Under the pieces are notes generated by a model. It was not told the origin of the DNA and searched no databases. It saw only the letters and a program-made list of their open reading frames with translations. A stretch of DNA of 64,000 nucleotides from a virus, in the IMG/VR virus record IMGVR_UViG_3300031746_000001; one strand, given 5' to 3'. Below are positions 1 through 8,653 of this stretch, piece by piece. Position numbers and translations under genes: made by a program. Every line of letters begins with the position of its first letter. The stretch's first letter is position 1.

Positions 1-728
1 ATCTTCTGTAGGGTCTCCGCAAACGCCTTCCCTCCGGTGTCATCGTAATACATTGCCGTTCCGATCTCCGAGTTCATCGGCCCGAGATCCCCGGGGAAGG
101 TCTTGTTATACTCAAAAGAGATCAGCTTGGGCCCCAGGAACTCCTGCCCGTTGAAAAACCCTCCGCAGGCGATCTCCACGCCCTCAATGAACTTCTCGAG
201 CCGGATCGGAGCGGAGGAGGACAGGCCGGACAGAAACTTGATCATGGCCTCCGGAGATTTGGTCACGAAGGTCTTTTTGTTGCGGGACTCGTCCGACTTG
301 TAGGCGTAGCCGGAAGGGTTCTGTTTGATATGCTGAACGGCGTCCTCTTTGGTGTTATGAACCGTGACCTCCGGGACCTTCACCCCGTAACCTGCCAGGG
401 TCTCTCTGCCGAACTCCCGGTCCGTCTCGAGCCTCTCCCCGAGGAACGGGGCCCCGTAGACCAGAGTCCCCTTCTTCCGGAAGTAGTCGAGATGCTTCCC
501 GTAGCCGATATCCGTCGCCACGACGTAGTCGACGTAGCTTAGGATGGAATCATACATGTCGATCCGCTTGACCCCCCACTCTTCAAAGAGGCCTTTGCCG
601 TAAAGGGCTTCGGACTCGTCCGGGTAGTTCCTGATCTTGTTGAGGTAATAGTAGACCTCATCTCCCTCCTGCGCCAGTCTCCTGGCTAGATCAAGGGCAA
701 GACCAGTGTCGAGAATCAAGACCCTCAT
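1..728 (-). CDS. PurD (GAR synthetase)-like ATP-grasp ligase, partial (runs off window start)
   Basis: Not in the ORF track; hand translation from ATG 728: MRVLILDTGLALDLARRLAQEGDEVYYY...VYGAPFLGERLETDREFGRETLAGYGVKVPE...IRLEKFIEGVEIACGGFFNG...FEYNKTFPGDLGPMNSEIG, resembling PurD motifs LE.sk.f, EE.l.G.E and GD.GPNTG. Confidence 0.7.
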   Translation of the reverse strand, partial: MRVLILDTGLALDLARRLAQEGDEVYYYLNKIRNYPDESEALYGKGLFEEWGVKRIDMYDSILSYVDYVVATDIGYGKHLDYFRKKGTLVYGAPFLGERLETDREFGRETLAGYGVKVPEVTVHNTKEDAVQHIKQNPSGYAYKSDESRNKKTFVTKSPEAMIKFLSGLSSSAPIRLEKFIEGVEIACGGFFNGQEFLGPKLISFEYNKTFPGDLGPMNSEIGTAMYYDDTGGKAFAETLQK

Positions 729-811
729 CGGGGCGATCCTGGTAGCTCCCGAAACTGCCCCGGTGGAACTAACTCCCCTGAAAAATCAAAATTATCATGA
801 CTTATGTACCC

Positions 812-827
812 CTGCTGGCGCCAGCAG
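812..827. repeat. Palindrome CTGCTGGCGCCAGCAG (dispersed intergenic repeat, copy 1)
   Basis: Perfect 16-bp palindrome directly after the tape measure stop; related copies at 5247, 15890, 34723 and 42392. Confidence 0.85.
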
Positions 828-3800
828 TTATCCACGAGTCGACACTCCTTCCCGAATCTCAGCCTCGACCTTCTCTCGGATGTTTCCCCATACGACCTCA
901 CCGATCTTCTTACCGTCCATAAAGACATCCCCCTTGAGGCGCCGTAGGGCATCCACGATCGACCCGAGGACGCCTTCGACTTTTCCCCCAATTCCCGCCG
1001 TGATCCCTCCCCCTCCACCTGTGTATTTGATCTCCGGGGATTCATATTCGGAAAGGCCCCCGGCCTCAGTCAGTCCAACATCCCCTCCTGTCATCAAAGA
1101 AGCTCCCTCCACCGCCGTAGTCGGAGTCGTAATAGGAACCTTTCCGTAAGACATAATGTCCTCGCCGGGAGCAACGGCGGAAACGTAATCAACCGTCTCC
1201 TTCGGTGGAATTGGAAACGCGCCTCTAAACTTCCTTCCCGCAAGGAAGGCATCTAGTTTTCCCTCTCCCCAATTGTAAGCGGCGGCAATCAAGGCTTCAT
1301 TACCGTTGTATTTTTTGTAGAGCTGATCCACAAGTCCGGCCCCAAGAGCCGTAGAAACTTTAGGGCGGGTTTTAAGGTACTCAGTCGCTTGAGCCAACTT
1401 TTGGATTATCTCTTCTTTGCCGAGCTTCTTCAAAGAAACCCCTTGCATTCCAAGAGCCACAGAAGGCAGAATCTGAGATGGACCAATCGCCCTCTCCTTA
1501 AAGTCATGCTTCCCTATCCGGGTTGTAACCTCCCTCGTACCAAGAATATTCTGTCCTCGGGATTCCCTCTGGACGATCTTTTGAAAGAGGGCTTCCTGTG
1601 GGGTTGCTCCCGGCTTGGTCATGTCTCCCCAATCCTTATAAATACCCTCACCGCCCGTCTCTTCGTAAGCCGTAAGATGCGGAGCCCGCTCTTTGAACCA
1701 GGCAACAAGGGCATCGAGGTATTGCTTCACCGGGCCAAACACCTTATCCCAGATTCCCTTGATCCACCCCAGGTTCTGTTCGATCCACTTCATCGGGACC
1801 CGAATGATATCCTTGATCCACTCCATCGCATCTTTGGCCACCTTCTCAATCGGGCCACCTATCCATGCCAAAACCTTCGCCCCGAATCCTCCGAAAGCCT
1901 TTCCAACGGCAAACTCCCATCCCCAAACAGCCTTGTCGAGTGACCAGAGATTCTGAACAGCCCATCCGATTGCTCCCCCGATTCCCTTCAGGATGGTCCA
2001 GACGACCTTCAGCGGCCTGGCTACGTTGACGTCCCAACCGAACTTTACAATTCTCGCCCCGATGGTTACGACGGTCTTGAGTATCTTCCCCACCTGCCCC
2101 ATGAGGTTAGAGAAGAACTTCGGAAGGAACTTGAGGAGAAAATCATCACCCAGGAATCGACGGATGTAGCCCCAGATATCGATATACTTGTAAAGACCGA
2201 AAGTGAGATCGTTCAAGACCTGAGATACTGTGTCAGCATAGGCTACTCCGGTCTTCCAACCCTTCTCCCAGATCGTCCCGCCCTCTTTCCAGATACCGAC
2301 GAATCTCGGGATCCCACGCCCGAGGAAATCCACGGCCGCGATGATCGCAGTGAGAACGACGGATATCTTACCGACGACCCCTAGGAATCCACCGAATCCA
2401 CCTGCTCCTCTAGCTACTCCCAGACCAGCCCTTCCAGCTCCTGCCGCCTTGGCCGCTCCTGCTCCCGCCCTTCCAGCCCCGAGGCTAGCCTTCGTCATGC
2501 CCATTATTCCACCGGAAACATCAACCCCTCTCCCAGCTCCGGCAAGCCCAGCACCAGCCCCCAGACCTCGTGCTCCAGCCCCCGCTCCCTTCCCCATCCC
2601 AAGTAGACCCTTGAGCCATCCGAGCGGCTGGATCCCTCCCAGCTTCCCGGCCACTCCTCCGAAGAGCCCGACTCCCCGACCCATTCCCCCGACGCCCGTC
2701 AGTAACCCAGCGATAATCGCCCCGGGGATCCCGAGGGTCGGGATAAGCCCGGCGAAACCCCCGCCACGCCTGCCCCCGGCGAACTCCATCATCTGCTTGC
2801 CGACGACGTATTTTGAAATCCACTCCATAATCTTCTTGTGAGAGGCCGCCCAACCCGTCGTCTTCCGGGCGATCTTGTCCTGAGCATCGGCATACTTGTT
2901 GAGCTGTTTCACATACTCCCCGACGAAAAGGGACCCTTCCTGGAAGAGCTTTATCTGCTCTGCCATTCTCGCTTTATTCTCTGCCCGGGTCGCGGTGGCC
3001 ATGACGTCCTCAATGGACTTCCCCATCTCCCCGAAGTTCGCCGTCTGCGACTTGGCGGCATTCCCCATCTCCTTCTGCATCTTGTCGCCCAGGCGGACCA
3101 CGGAATTAGCCACGTCCTCCCCGAAGGCATCCTCCACGGTAAACCGGAACCTCTCGACCGCAGACTTATCCCCTTCGATCGTTTTGTAGAAACCCTGCAG
3201 TCGCTTAATGACGTTGCTCGTGTCCTGATCCATGAGCAGGGAAAAGGCGAAGTCGGCGTCCCCCACACCCCGGGAGAGCTCCGTCACCTGATCCATGACG
3301 TTATCGATGTCCCCGCCGAGGCCGAGACGAAACTTCTCCATCTCCTTCCGGCGATCCGCAGTTTTCTTGACCATGTTCTCCACGGCCCGGGATGCGGCAT
3401 CGATCCCTCCCTTGAGCACCTTGGACATGGCCGCAGTCGCCCGCATCATGCTCTTCACCATGCTCATGGACTTCTCGGGAGCCAGACCGAAGGTCATCGA
3501 TATGTCCCTGGTCGTGTCCGACAGCTCCATCATCTGCTTTAGGAAATCCTTCGGAAGCCCCATCTTCTTGGTCATGGACGCCGACGTATCCAGAAGGTCG
3601 GTCATGTCCCTCTGCGTCATCCCAATGACCTCCGACGTCCCGACCCAGTTTGCATACGTCGACGGAGGAATATCAAAGGCTTCCTTCAGTCCCACCGCCC
3701 GCTTCATCTCCCGGACTGCCTCATCGGACGTCAGGTTATCACGGAGATCTTCCCACGCCCCACTGGCCTCCCGAATGCTGATCCCCGTCCGTCGCATCTG

Positions 3801-4292
3801 CGTAACAATGGACCCGGCCATTCTTGAGACTGACTTCTCGGATATTCCCGCCGTCTCCTTGAAGCTCGAACTCCACTCCACGTTCTTGTCGATCATGTCA
3901 CCGAAGTCCCCGGCGAGACCAGTAAAAATACTGCCCCCGGCTCTACCCAAACCTTTGAGCTTTTCCCCGATGTCCTTGATATCGAAGCCGAGGAACCCGT
4001 ATTTATCCCCACCACGACCGCCACGCCCCCCGTAGCGGCCACCGCCCATGCCCTCCCGGGAACTCTTCCCAGCATCCCTCCACGATCTGCCAATATCCCG
4101 AGAGCTCCTATGAACGGCGTCGGCCATCTTCCGGGCGCCCATGACCGTCCGGTCGGCAACGTCGTCGGCTGTGTCCCCAAGACCTCGGAAGCTCTTCTTG
4201 GTGCCCTCGAGCTCACTGCGAGTGTCCTTTAGGAACTTGCCCGTCCCCCGATCGACAATTCCGAGACCAACTAGGAAATTCCAGGTGGGCAT
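828..4292 (-). CDS. Tape measure protein with C-terminal soluble lytic transglycosylase (SLT) domain
   Basis: 1154 aa, helical and Gly/Ala-rich with periodic Trp; follows tail chaperones; SLT motifs ESRG, GPSQI, AAAYNWGEG, ETVDYV. Confidence 0.9.
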   Translation of the reverse strand: MPTWNFLVGLGIVDRGTGKFLKDTRSELEGTKKSFRGLGDTADDVADRTVMGARKMADAVHRSSRDIGRSWRDAGKSSREGMGGGRYGGRGGRGGDKYGFLGFDIKDIGEKLKGLGRAGGSIFTGLAGDFGDMIDKNVEWSSSFKETAGISEKSVSRMAGSIVTQMRRTGISIREASGAWEDLRDNLTSDEAVREMKRAVGLKEAFDIPPSTYANWVGTSEVIGMTQRDMTDLLDTSASMTKKMGLPKDFLKQMMELSDTTRDISMTFGLAPEKSMSMVKSMMRATAAMSKVLKGGIDAASRAVENMVKKTADRRKEMEKFRLGLGGDIDNVMDQVTELSRGVGDADFAFSLLMDQDTSNVIKRLQGFYKTIEGDKSAVERFRFTVEDAFGEDVANSVVRLGDKMQKEMGNAAKSQTANFGEMGKSIEDVMATATRAENKARMAEQIKLFQEGSLFVGEYVKQLNKYADAQDKIARKTTGWAASHKKIMEWISKYVVGKQMMEFAGGRRGGGFAGLIPTLGIPGAIIAGLLTGVGGMGRGVGLFGGVAGKLGGIQPLGWLKGLLGMGKGAGAGARGLGAGAGLAGAGRGVDVSGGIMGMTKASLGAGRAGAGAAKAAGAGRAGLGVARGAGGFGGFLGVVGKISVVLTAIIAAVDFLGRGIPRFVGIWKEGGTIWEKGWKTGVAYADTVSQVLNDLTFGLYKYIDIWGYIRRFLGDDFLLKFLPKFFSNLMGQVGKILKTVVTIGARIVKFGWDVNVARPLKVVWTILKGIGGAIGWAVQNLWSLDKAVWGWEFAVGKAFGGFGAKVLAWIGGPIEKVAKDAMEWIKDIIRVPMKWIEQNLGWIKGIWDKVFGPVKQYLDALVAWFKERAPHLTAYEETGGEGIYKDWGDMTKPGATPQEALFQKIVQRESRGQNILGTREVTTRIGKHDFKERAIGPSQILPSVALGMQGVSLKKLGKEEIIQKLAQATEYLKTRPKVSTALGAGLVDQLYKKYNGNEALIAAAYNWGEGKLDAFLAGRKFRGAFPIPPKETVDYVSAVAPGEDIMSYGKVPITTPTTAVEGASLMTGGDVGLTEAGGLSEYESPEIKYTGGGGGITAGIGGKVEGVLGSIVDALRRLKGDVFMDGKKIGEVVWGNIREKVEAEIREGVSTRG

Positions 4293-4295
4293 GGG

Positions 4296-4484
4296 TTACT
4301 TCAATTCCTCTGGTAAGATGGGGAAGTCCTTTCCCTTCTTCCTCATTTCCGTTCTCAATTCGATCAAGCGTTGGCGCCTAGAGTATGGAATAGCCATAAC
4401 GTCCCCGTAGGGCATCCTCCACGCTTCAAGGAAAAACATGAGATCGTGCTCGAGGTGCTCTAGGTCGCCGAGGGGAAGAAAAAA
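4296..4484 (-). CDS. Tail assembly chaperone frameshift extension (gpT/GT-like, -1 frame)
   Basis: The -1 frame of the upstream chaperone reads FLPLGDLEHLEHDLMFFLEAWRMPYGDVMAIPYSRRQRLIE, typical of gpT-like segments; lies just upstream of the tape measure gene. Confidence 0.75.
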   Translation of the reverse strand, partial: FFLPLGDLEHLEHDLMFFLEAWRMPYGDVMAIPYSRRQRLIELRTEMRKKGKDFPILPEELK

Positions 4485-5206
4485 TCTTTCTGCGCGATAT
4501 CCAGGATGACCGTCGAGTCCCGCCCGCACTTGTCGCAGGTGATGTCGACGTCCGTGTTGACCCCGCCCTCGTGTTCCTCGAAGGCCGACCGCAGTTTGTT
4601 GCGATCCTTCAGGGACAGGGCCTTGACCTGCTGGACGTTCTTGACGGGCGCCCCGTCGATCTCCACCAGACGAAGCCCGATGGCATGGCTCAGGAAGTCC
4701 TGATCGTTCCGCTTCGCCGTCAAGAGACCCTCTTCCCGTCCGGTCATGATCTTGAGCTTCGCCTTCGATCCGGAAGGAAGCTCAACCGTGTATTCCCGAA
4801 CCATCTTGTTCGGGAGAGCCTTGATCTCGAGGTCGTCGAGGTTGACCTCGTAGTTCCCCGGCTCCCCGCACTCCGGGCAGTTTACCCGCATGGGGAATAT
4901 CGGGCCGAGGGACGCCTTCCGAATGAGCAACATCAGGACGACCCGATCCCCGACCGTCATGTCCTGGACGGCCTCGAGCATCCCGTTCTGATCGAGGATT
5001 CCGTCAATCTTCTCTCCGTCCGCACTCTCCAAGCTCGTGATGCAGTGCGACATGACGAGATTCATCCGGCGACCAACCGAGATCTTCCGATCGGTCATGA
5101 CGTCCTCCTCCACGCCCGTCATCTCGCGGAGAAAAACCAGGTCATACAGCTTCCCTTCTTTGATCACTCCCCCGGGAAGGATTTGTCTATCTACCTGCGT
5201 GTCCAT
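4460..5206 (-). CDS. Tail assembly chaperone (T4 gp26-like/baseplate hub chaperone type) with two CxxC pairs
   Basis: LREMTGVEED, CPECG, CDKCG and C-terminal DFFFP; SD AAAGGAG before ATG 5206; between tube and tape measure genes. Confidence 0.8.
   Translation of the reverse strand: MDTQVDRQILPGGVIKEGKLYDLVFLREMTGVEEDVMTDRKISVGRRMNLVMSHCITSLESADGEKIDGILDQNGMLEAVQDMTVGDRVVLMLLIRKASLGPIFPMRVNCPECGEPGNYEVNLDDLEIKALPNKMVREYTVELPSGSKAKLKIMTGREEGLLTAKRNDQDFLSHAIGLRLVEIDGAPVKNVQQVKALSLKDRNKLRSAFEEHEGGVNTDVDITCDKCGRDSTVILDIAQKDFFFPSAT
4478..4484 (-). promoter_or_regulatory. Programmed -1 ribosomal frameshift slippery site U UUU UUC
   Basis: Minus strand GAT TTT TTC TTC near the chaperone stop; a -1 slip enters the ORF ending at 4296. 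Confidence 0.75.
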
Positions 5207-5246
5207 TGCTCCGACTCCTTTCTGCATCGAAAGTTATGGGCCTCTT

Positions 5247-5258
5247 TGCTGGCGCCAT
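5247..5258. repeat. Partial copy of the dispersed palindrome (TGCTGGCGCCAT)
   Basis: 11-bp match to the palindrome core, immediately after the response regulator stop. Confidence 0.6.
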
Positions 5259-5662
5259 CATACCACCAGCGTCTTGTCCCCGTTCTCGCTAGAAACGATC
5301 CTACGAACGTCTTCCAGAAACGCATTCGGTTTGAACGCCGGAGTCCCCTTCGTGATGAACTTCCGAATGCCCATTAAAAGGCTTCGCTTCTCGGGCTTGA
5401 GATCGGCCTCCTTTAAGGCCGTCAGAACAATCACCGGCACGTTTCTCATCTCATCGTCCCGCTTCATCTGCTCGAACACTGTGAACCCGTCCATATCCGG
5501 CATCATAAGGTCCAAAACTACGAGCTGTGGTTTGATCTCCCTGATCTTCTGCAATCCCGACACCCCTCCATCCGCCAGAGCTACAGTATACCCGTTATGC
5601 TCGAGGAGGTCTTTCAGCATCTCCCTAACGAACATGTTGTCGTCCACGATTAGGATACTCAT
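5258..5662 (-). CDS. Single-domain response regulator (CheY-like receiver)
   Basis: ILIVDDN, VVLDLMMPDMDG (phospho-Asp), VIVLTA and FITK: all canonical receiver residues present. Confidence 0.92.
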   Translation of the reverse strand: MSILIVDDNMFVREMLKDLLEHNGYTVALADGGVSGLQKIREIKPQLVVLDLMMPDMDGFTVFEQMKRDDEMRNVPVIVLTALKEADLKPEKRSLLMGIRKFITKGTPAFKPNAFLEDVRRIVSSENGDKTLVV

Positions 5663-6076
5663 TCATTGTAGCTTTTCAAGCCTGCGGTCAATACTCACCA
5701 TCCGTTCAGCGATTACTCCATGTTGCGATACAGCAGTAGCCAGAGCCTCGTCCTGCTTTCTTTGGTGAGCTAGGCACCCCTCCTCTCTTCGGTTTATGCT
5801 ATCAACCAAAGACTGCAAAACCCTCGTATTCTCTATCGTCACTGCTCGGTAGTCCGAAGTTACTCTTTCCAGGGAGGCCAGAAACTTCTCGGTCAACGAC
5901 TTCCTTTCCTCGGTAGCCTTATTGCTCTGATCAGTTTTATCTTCGATCAGCTTGTTGAGCGTCCTCATCGCGAACCAGAGAGCCCCGATGATGACGACGA
6001 TGGAAACGACGGTCAGAGCTCCGTATTTCGATACCGCCTCCCAGAAAGCCGGGCTGAACGGGCCGAAGGAATTCAT
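5663..6076 (-). CDS. Membrane protein with one TM helix and a coiled coil (BhlA/UviB-like holin candidate)
   Basis: YGALTVVSIVVIIGALWFAM TM segment followed by a charged coiled coil ending IDRRLEKLQ. Confidence 0.5.
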   Translation of the reverse strand: MNSFGPFSPAFWEAVSKYGALTVVSIVVIIGALWFAMRTLNKLIEDKTDQSNKATEERKSLTEKFLASLERVTSDYRAVTIENTRVLQSLVDSINRREEGCLAHQRKQDEALATAVSQHGVIAERMVSIDRRLEKLQ

Positions 6077-6102
6077 AAGATCATCTCATCCAGACTAAAA
6101 GG

Positions 6103-6459
6103 TTATCTCCGAAGGTGCGCTGGTCTGAGTTCCCGGTCAAGCAGGTCCCGGATGAACTCGCTGGCGCTGATGTTCTGTGCTCGAGCAGTTTCAATAAGAA
6201 GTTCTCTCTGCCCCCGGGAAAGCAAGAAGTTCGCCCGCACGGGGATCTTGTTCCCAAACCGCTTCCTCCCCTTTTCGCTCTCGGCGACAAAATCGCAGTA
6301 CTCGCAGAGAAGGACGTACCCAATGGCCTGTCCGTTGGCCTCCGGATCGACCTTGTGCATCACAAAGTTCCGATCTCCCCCGCAGTGCTGGCAGACCTTA
6401 TCCCTAGCGACCACCTCGGCTTTGATCTGGTAAAAAGTCTCCTCATCTACATACGCCAT
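6103..6459 (-). CDS. Degenerate HNH/Zn-finger domain fused to a ribbon-helix-helix DNA-binding domain
   Basis: RDKVCQHCG...MHKV...LLCEYCD (McrA-type HNH scaffold lacking the conserved N and last H); C-terminal NFLLSRGQRELLIETARAQNISASEFIRDLLD is RHH-like. Confidence 0.65.
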   Translation of the reverse strand: MAYVDEETFYQIKAEVVARDKVCQHCGGDRNFVMHKVDPEANGQAIGYVLLCEYCDFVAESEKGRKRFGNKIPVRANFLLSRGQRELLIETARAQNISASEFIRDLLDRELRPAHLRR

Positions 6460-6485
6460 AAGTTACACACCTCCGTTCAAAAAAA

Positions 6486-7067
6486 TTAGAGAGAAGCGAT
6501 CGCTATCTCGTCGAAGTTCTCCATCGACAGCTCAACCTCGGCTATCGATATCTCCCCAGACTGGGAGTCGAAGTCCGACCCAACCTTGTAACGGGTCGGG
6601 ATCGTGTTCTCGAGCATCCACAGCTTGGCCGGGAAGATGTTTAACGCCCGATCCCAACCCCGGAAGGGAAGGAAGAACTTCATGGCGTTCGGAACGCCCC
6701 GCAGGAACTGAATCAAGAACAGGTCTTTGCGAAACCCGCTCTTGAGCCCGAACATCCCGATATCGAGGCCGAAGGTTTTTGCGCCAACCGCCGCCCGGCT
6801 CGTCCATCGCCAGAAGTCGCTGTCGTAAAACGTGACTCCCTTTGATAAGGTCAGCGTGTTGACTGAGGCTCCGGTAATAAGCTTGCGCTTGAATGGCCAA
6901 TTCCCCTCCTTGATTTCCTCGGTGTCGAGCGTGATTTCCGGCGCGGTTACGCTCCGAAAACCAGCCTGGATGAGCTGAGCCAACATGCTCGTCTCCCCCA
7001 GGGAATAATCCAAGAGATAGAAAACGTTCGGTTGAAGGTATTCGGCAAATCTGCGCCTGCCCACCAA
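6486..7067 (-). CDS. Tail tube protein paralog 2 (T4 gp19-like)
   Basis: GFRSVTAPE, EIKEGN, LTLSKGV, FWRW, PTRYKVGSDFDSQSGEISIAEVEL. Confidence 0.88.
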   Translation of the reverse strand: MVGRRRFAEYLQPNVFYLLDYSLGETSMLAQLIQAGFRSVTAPEITLDTEEIKEGNWPFKRKLITGASVNTLTLSKGVTFYDSDFWRWTSRAAVGAKTFGLDIGMFGLKSGFRKDLFLIQFLRGVPNAMKFFLPFRGWDRALNIFPAKLWMLENTIPTRYKVGSDFDSQSGEISIAEVELSMENFDEIAIASL

Positions 7068-7096
7068 TCACCTCCGGCCTCTACTCGGAATGTCGA

Positions 7097-7624
7097 TTAC
7101 CCGACGCTGAGCTCCATCCACTCGAAGGCGAGGTCGATGGATTCCACGGAGATCTCTCCGGACGTGGCGTCGAAGTCCGACGCCAGCTTGCAACGGATCG
7201 GGAAGGCCTCGTGAAGCTTGATCCTCCGGTTGGCCGATCCCGTGTTAACCTGCCAAGGGTCCGGATGCTGGGCGTCGCTCTTCCAGTCATCCCGGTGGAA
7301 GTGGAAGATGACCAGATCGGTACGGTAGTCCTGGCCGTTGATCTTCTTCACGATCCAGTCATAGAACCCGTTGTTGCTCTTCACCACGCCCCGCTCGAGG
7401 GAGCAGTCCGTGACCGTCGTGTTCCCGGGGTACTTCCTCTCCATCCTCCAAATGCCTTCCTTGTAGGTCACTGCGTCCGTGTTGAACTCCGGGAAAGAGC
7501 ATGTCCGGAATCCGCCGTGTGGCTCCTTGAAGGCGTTCTTGATATACGCCGGGGCCCCTTCGTCGCAGGTTACGTGGAAGCGATATGCTTGGAGGAAGTC
7601 TGTTACCTGTGCTCTTGCACCCAT
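7097..7624 (-). CDS. Tail tube protein (T4 gp19-like)
   Basis: YRFHV, GGFRTCS, TYKEG, KYPG, LERGV, FYDW, AFPI, DFDATSGEISVESIDLAFE. Confidence 0.92.
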   Translation of the reverse strand: MGARAQVTDFLQAYRFHVTCDEGAPAYIKNAFKEPHGGFRTCSFPEFNTDAVTYKEGIWRMERKYPGNTTVTDCSLERGVVKSNNGFYDWIVKKINGQDYRTDLVIFHFHRDDWKSDAQHPDPWQVNTGSANRRIKLHEAFPIRCKLASDFDATSGEISVESIDLAFEWMELSVG

Positions 7625-7636
7625 GTTTAAGTCCTC

Positions 7637-7813
7637 CTATTGATCTTCACGTTCATCGTCATCATCGGGAGTAGGAACGCGCCGTACCATAACAATCGGA
7701 AACGGTGGAACCCCCATGTGCGGGGCAACGTTCCCTGTCGTCGTGGCGCTCTCTACCGGAGTCCACTCCGCAGGGCCACCGTCCGGCTTCTGTGCGGCGC
7801 GTCCCTTATCCAT
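7637..7813 (-). CDS. 58-aa microprotein resembling the mature N-terminus of the major capsid protein
   Basis: Below the ORF-track cut-off; hand translation MDKGRAAQKPDGGPAEWTPVESATTTGNVAPHMGVPPFPIVMVRRVPTPDDDDEREDQ; SD AGGTG; fills the gap between the sheath relic and the tube gene. Confidence 0.65.
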   Translation of the reverse strand: MDKGRAAQKPDGGPAEWTPVESATTTGNVAPHMGVPPFPIVMVRRVPTPDDDDEREDQ

Positions 7814-7820
7814 GATTCAC

Positions 7821-7862
7821 CTATTGGGCCTTCGTCGTCTTCTGCATGAACTGGAACACGAC
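7821..7862 (-). pseudogene. Displaced original 3' end of the tail sheath gene (VVFQFMQKTTKAQ*)
   Basis: GTC GTG TTC CAG TTC ATG CAG AAG ACG ACG AAG GCC CAA TAG encodes exactly the last 13 aa of the sheath ORF. Confidence 0.93.
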
Positions 7863-8653
7863 TACGCGGCCCACTTGTAGCCGTAAAAAGGTTGAATCTC
7901 ATTTGGACAACAACCAATGTAAGACAGGAAACTATTCGTCGAAGAATCTGAAATTCCTATCACATTGTTTGACTTCTGCCGAGAAGCTTTAAATCCTAAA
8001 TTATGGATTTTCCTAACGAGCAACTCGACATCATCAACAGAAAAACCCTGCGTAGACAATAGTATTTTGCGACGGCGTCCTCCTGGACGGTGAAGCAAGT
8101 ATCCGTCTCCGATATACCACTGTCTTACAACCAGAGGTTTTAAGTCGACATCCAAAGGAACGATCTTTCTTCCGTTGTCGTAAAACATTTTGTGCAATGA
8201 GAGTAGCTCGGGATACCTCAGAGATGCATAGTGATGAACTACACTTATGGCTCCACTTTTCCAGACCGTTCTGGTCTTTTGTATTTTCCCAGATCGATAC
8301 AGTCCGAAGCCTCTGAAGGTCTTGTCCAACCATTGGATATACCCCAGGTGCTTAGAACCACTCTGAAATCTTGCCGATCTCTCATTATCGGAGTGAAGAT
8401 GCCCATCTCCCAGAAGCTCTCCGACCAAAAATTGAATCGCTTCTTCCGAGAGGCTAACGTGTTTCTCTCTTGTAAGATAGATAGCGTCCGCACACGACCT
8501 TCTTGGGATGCCAAACTTCACCATCCACATTTGAATGGCGTTGCTGGTCACCCCAAGATCGACCGCGATTTGATGGAGAGACTTCCTGCCCGATACGTAT
8601 TGGCTCCGAAGCCAATCTTCAGTCATCCATTTATAGAGCGGACGCCGATCCAT
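7862..8653 (-). CDS. Free-standing LAGLIDADG homing endonuclease with N-terminal HTH
   Basis: Motifs FLVGELLGDGHL and VRQWYIGDGYL; N-terminal WLRSQY...SLHQIAVDLG...WMVKFGI HTH; AT-richer than its flanks. Confidence 0.9.
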   Translation of the reverse strand: MDRRPLYKWMTEDWLRSQYVSGRKSLHQIAVDLGVTSNAIQMWMVKFGIPRRSCADAIYLTREKHVSLSEEAIQFLVGELLGDGHLHSDNERSARFQSGSKHLGYIQWLDKTFRGFGLYRSGKIQKTRTVWKSGAISVVHHYASLRYPELLSLHKMFYDNGRKIVPLDVDLKPLVVRQWYIGDGYLLHRPGGRRRKILLSTQGFSVDDVELLVRKIHNLGFKASRQKSNNVIGISDSSTNSFLSYIGCCPNEIQPFYGYKWAA

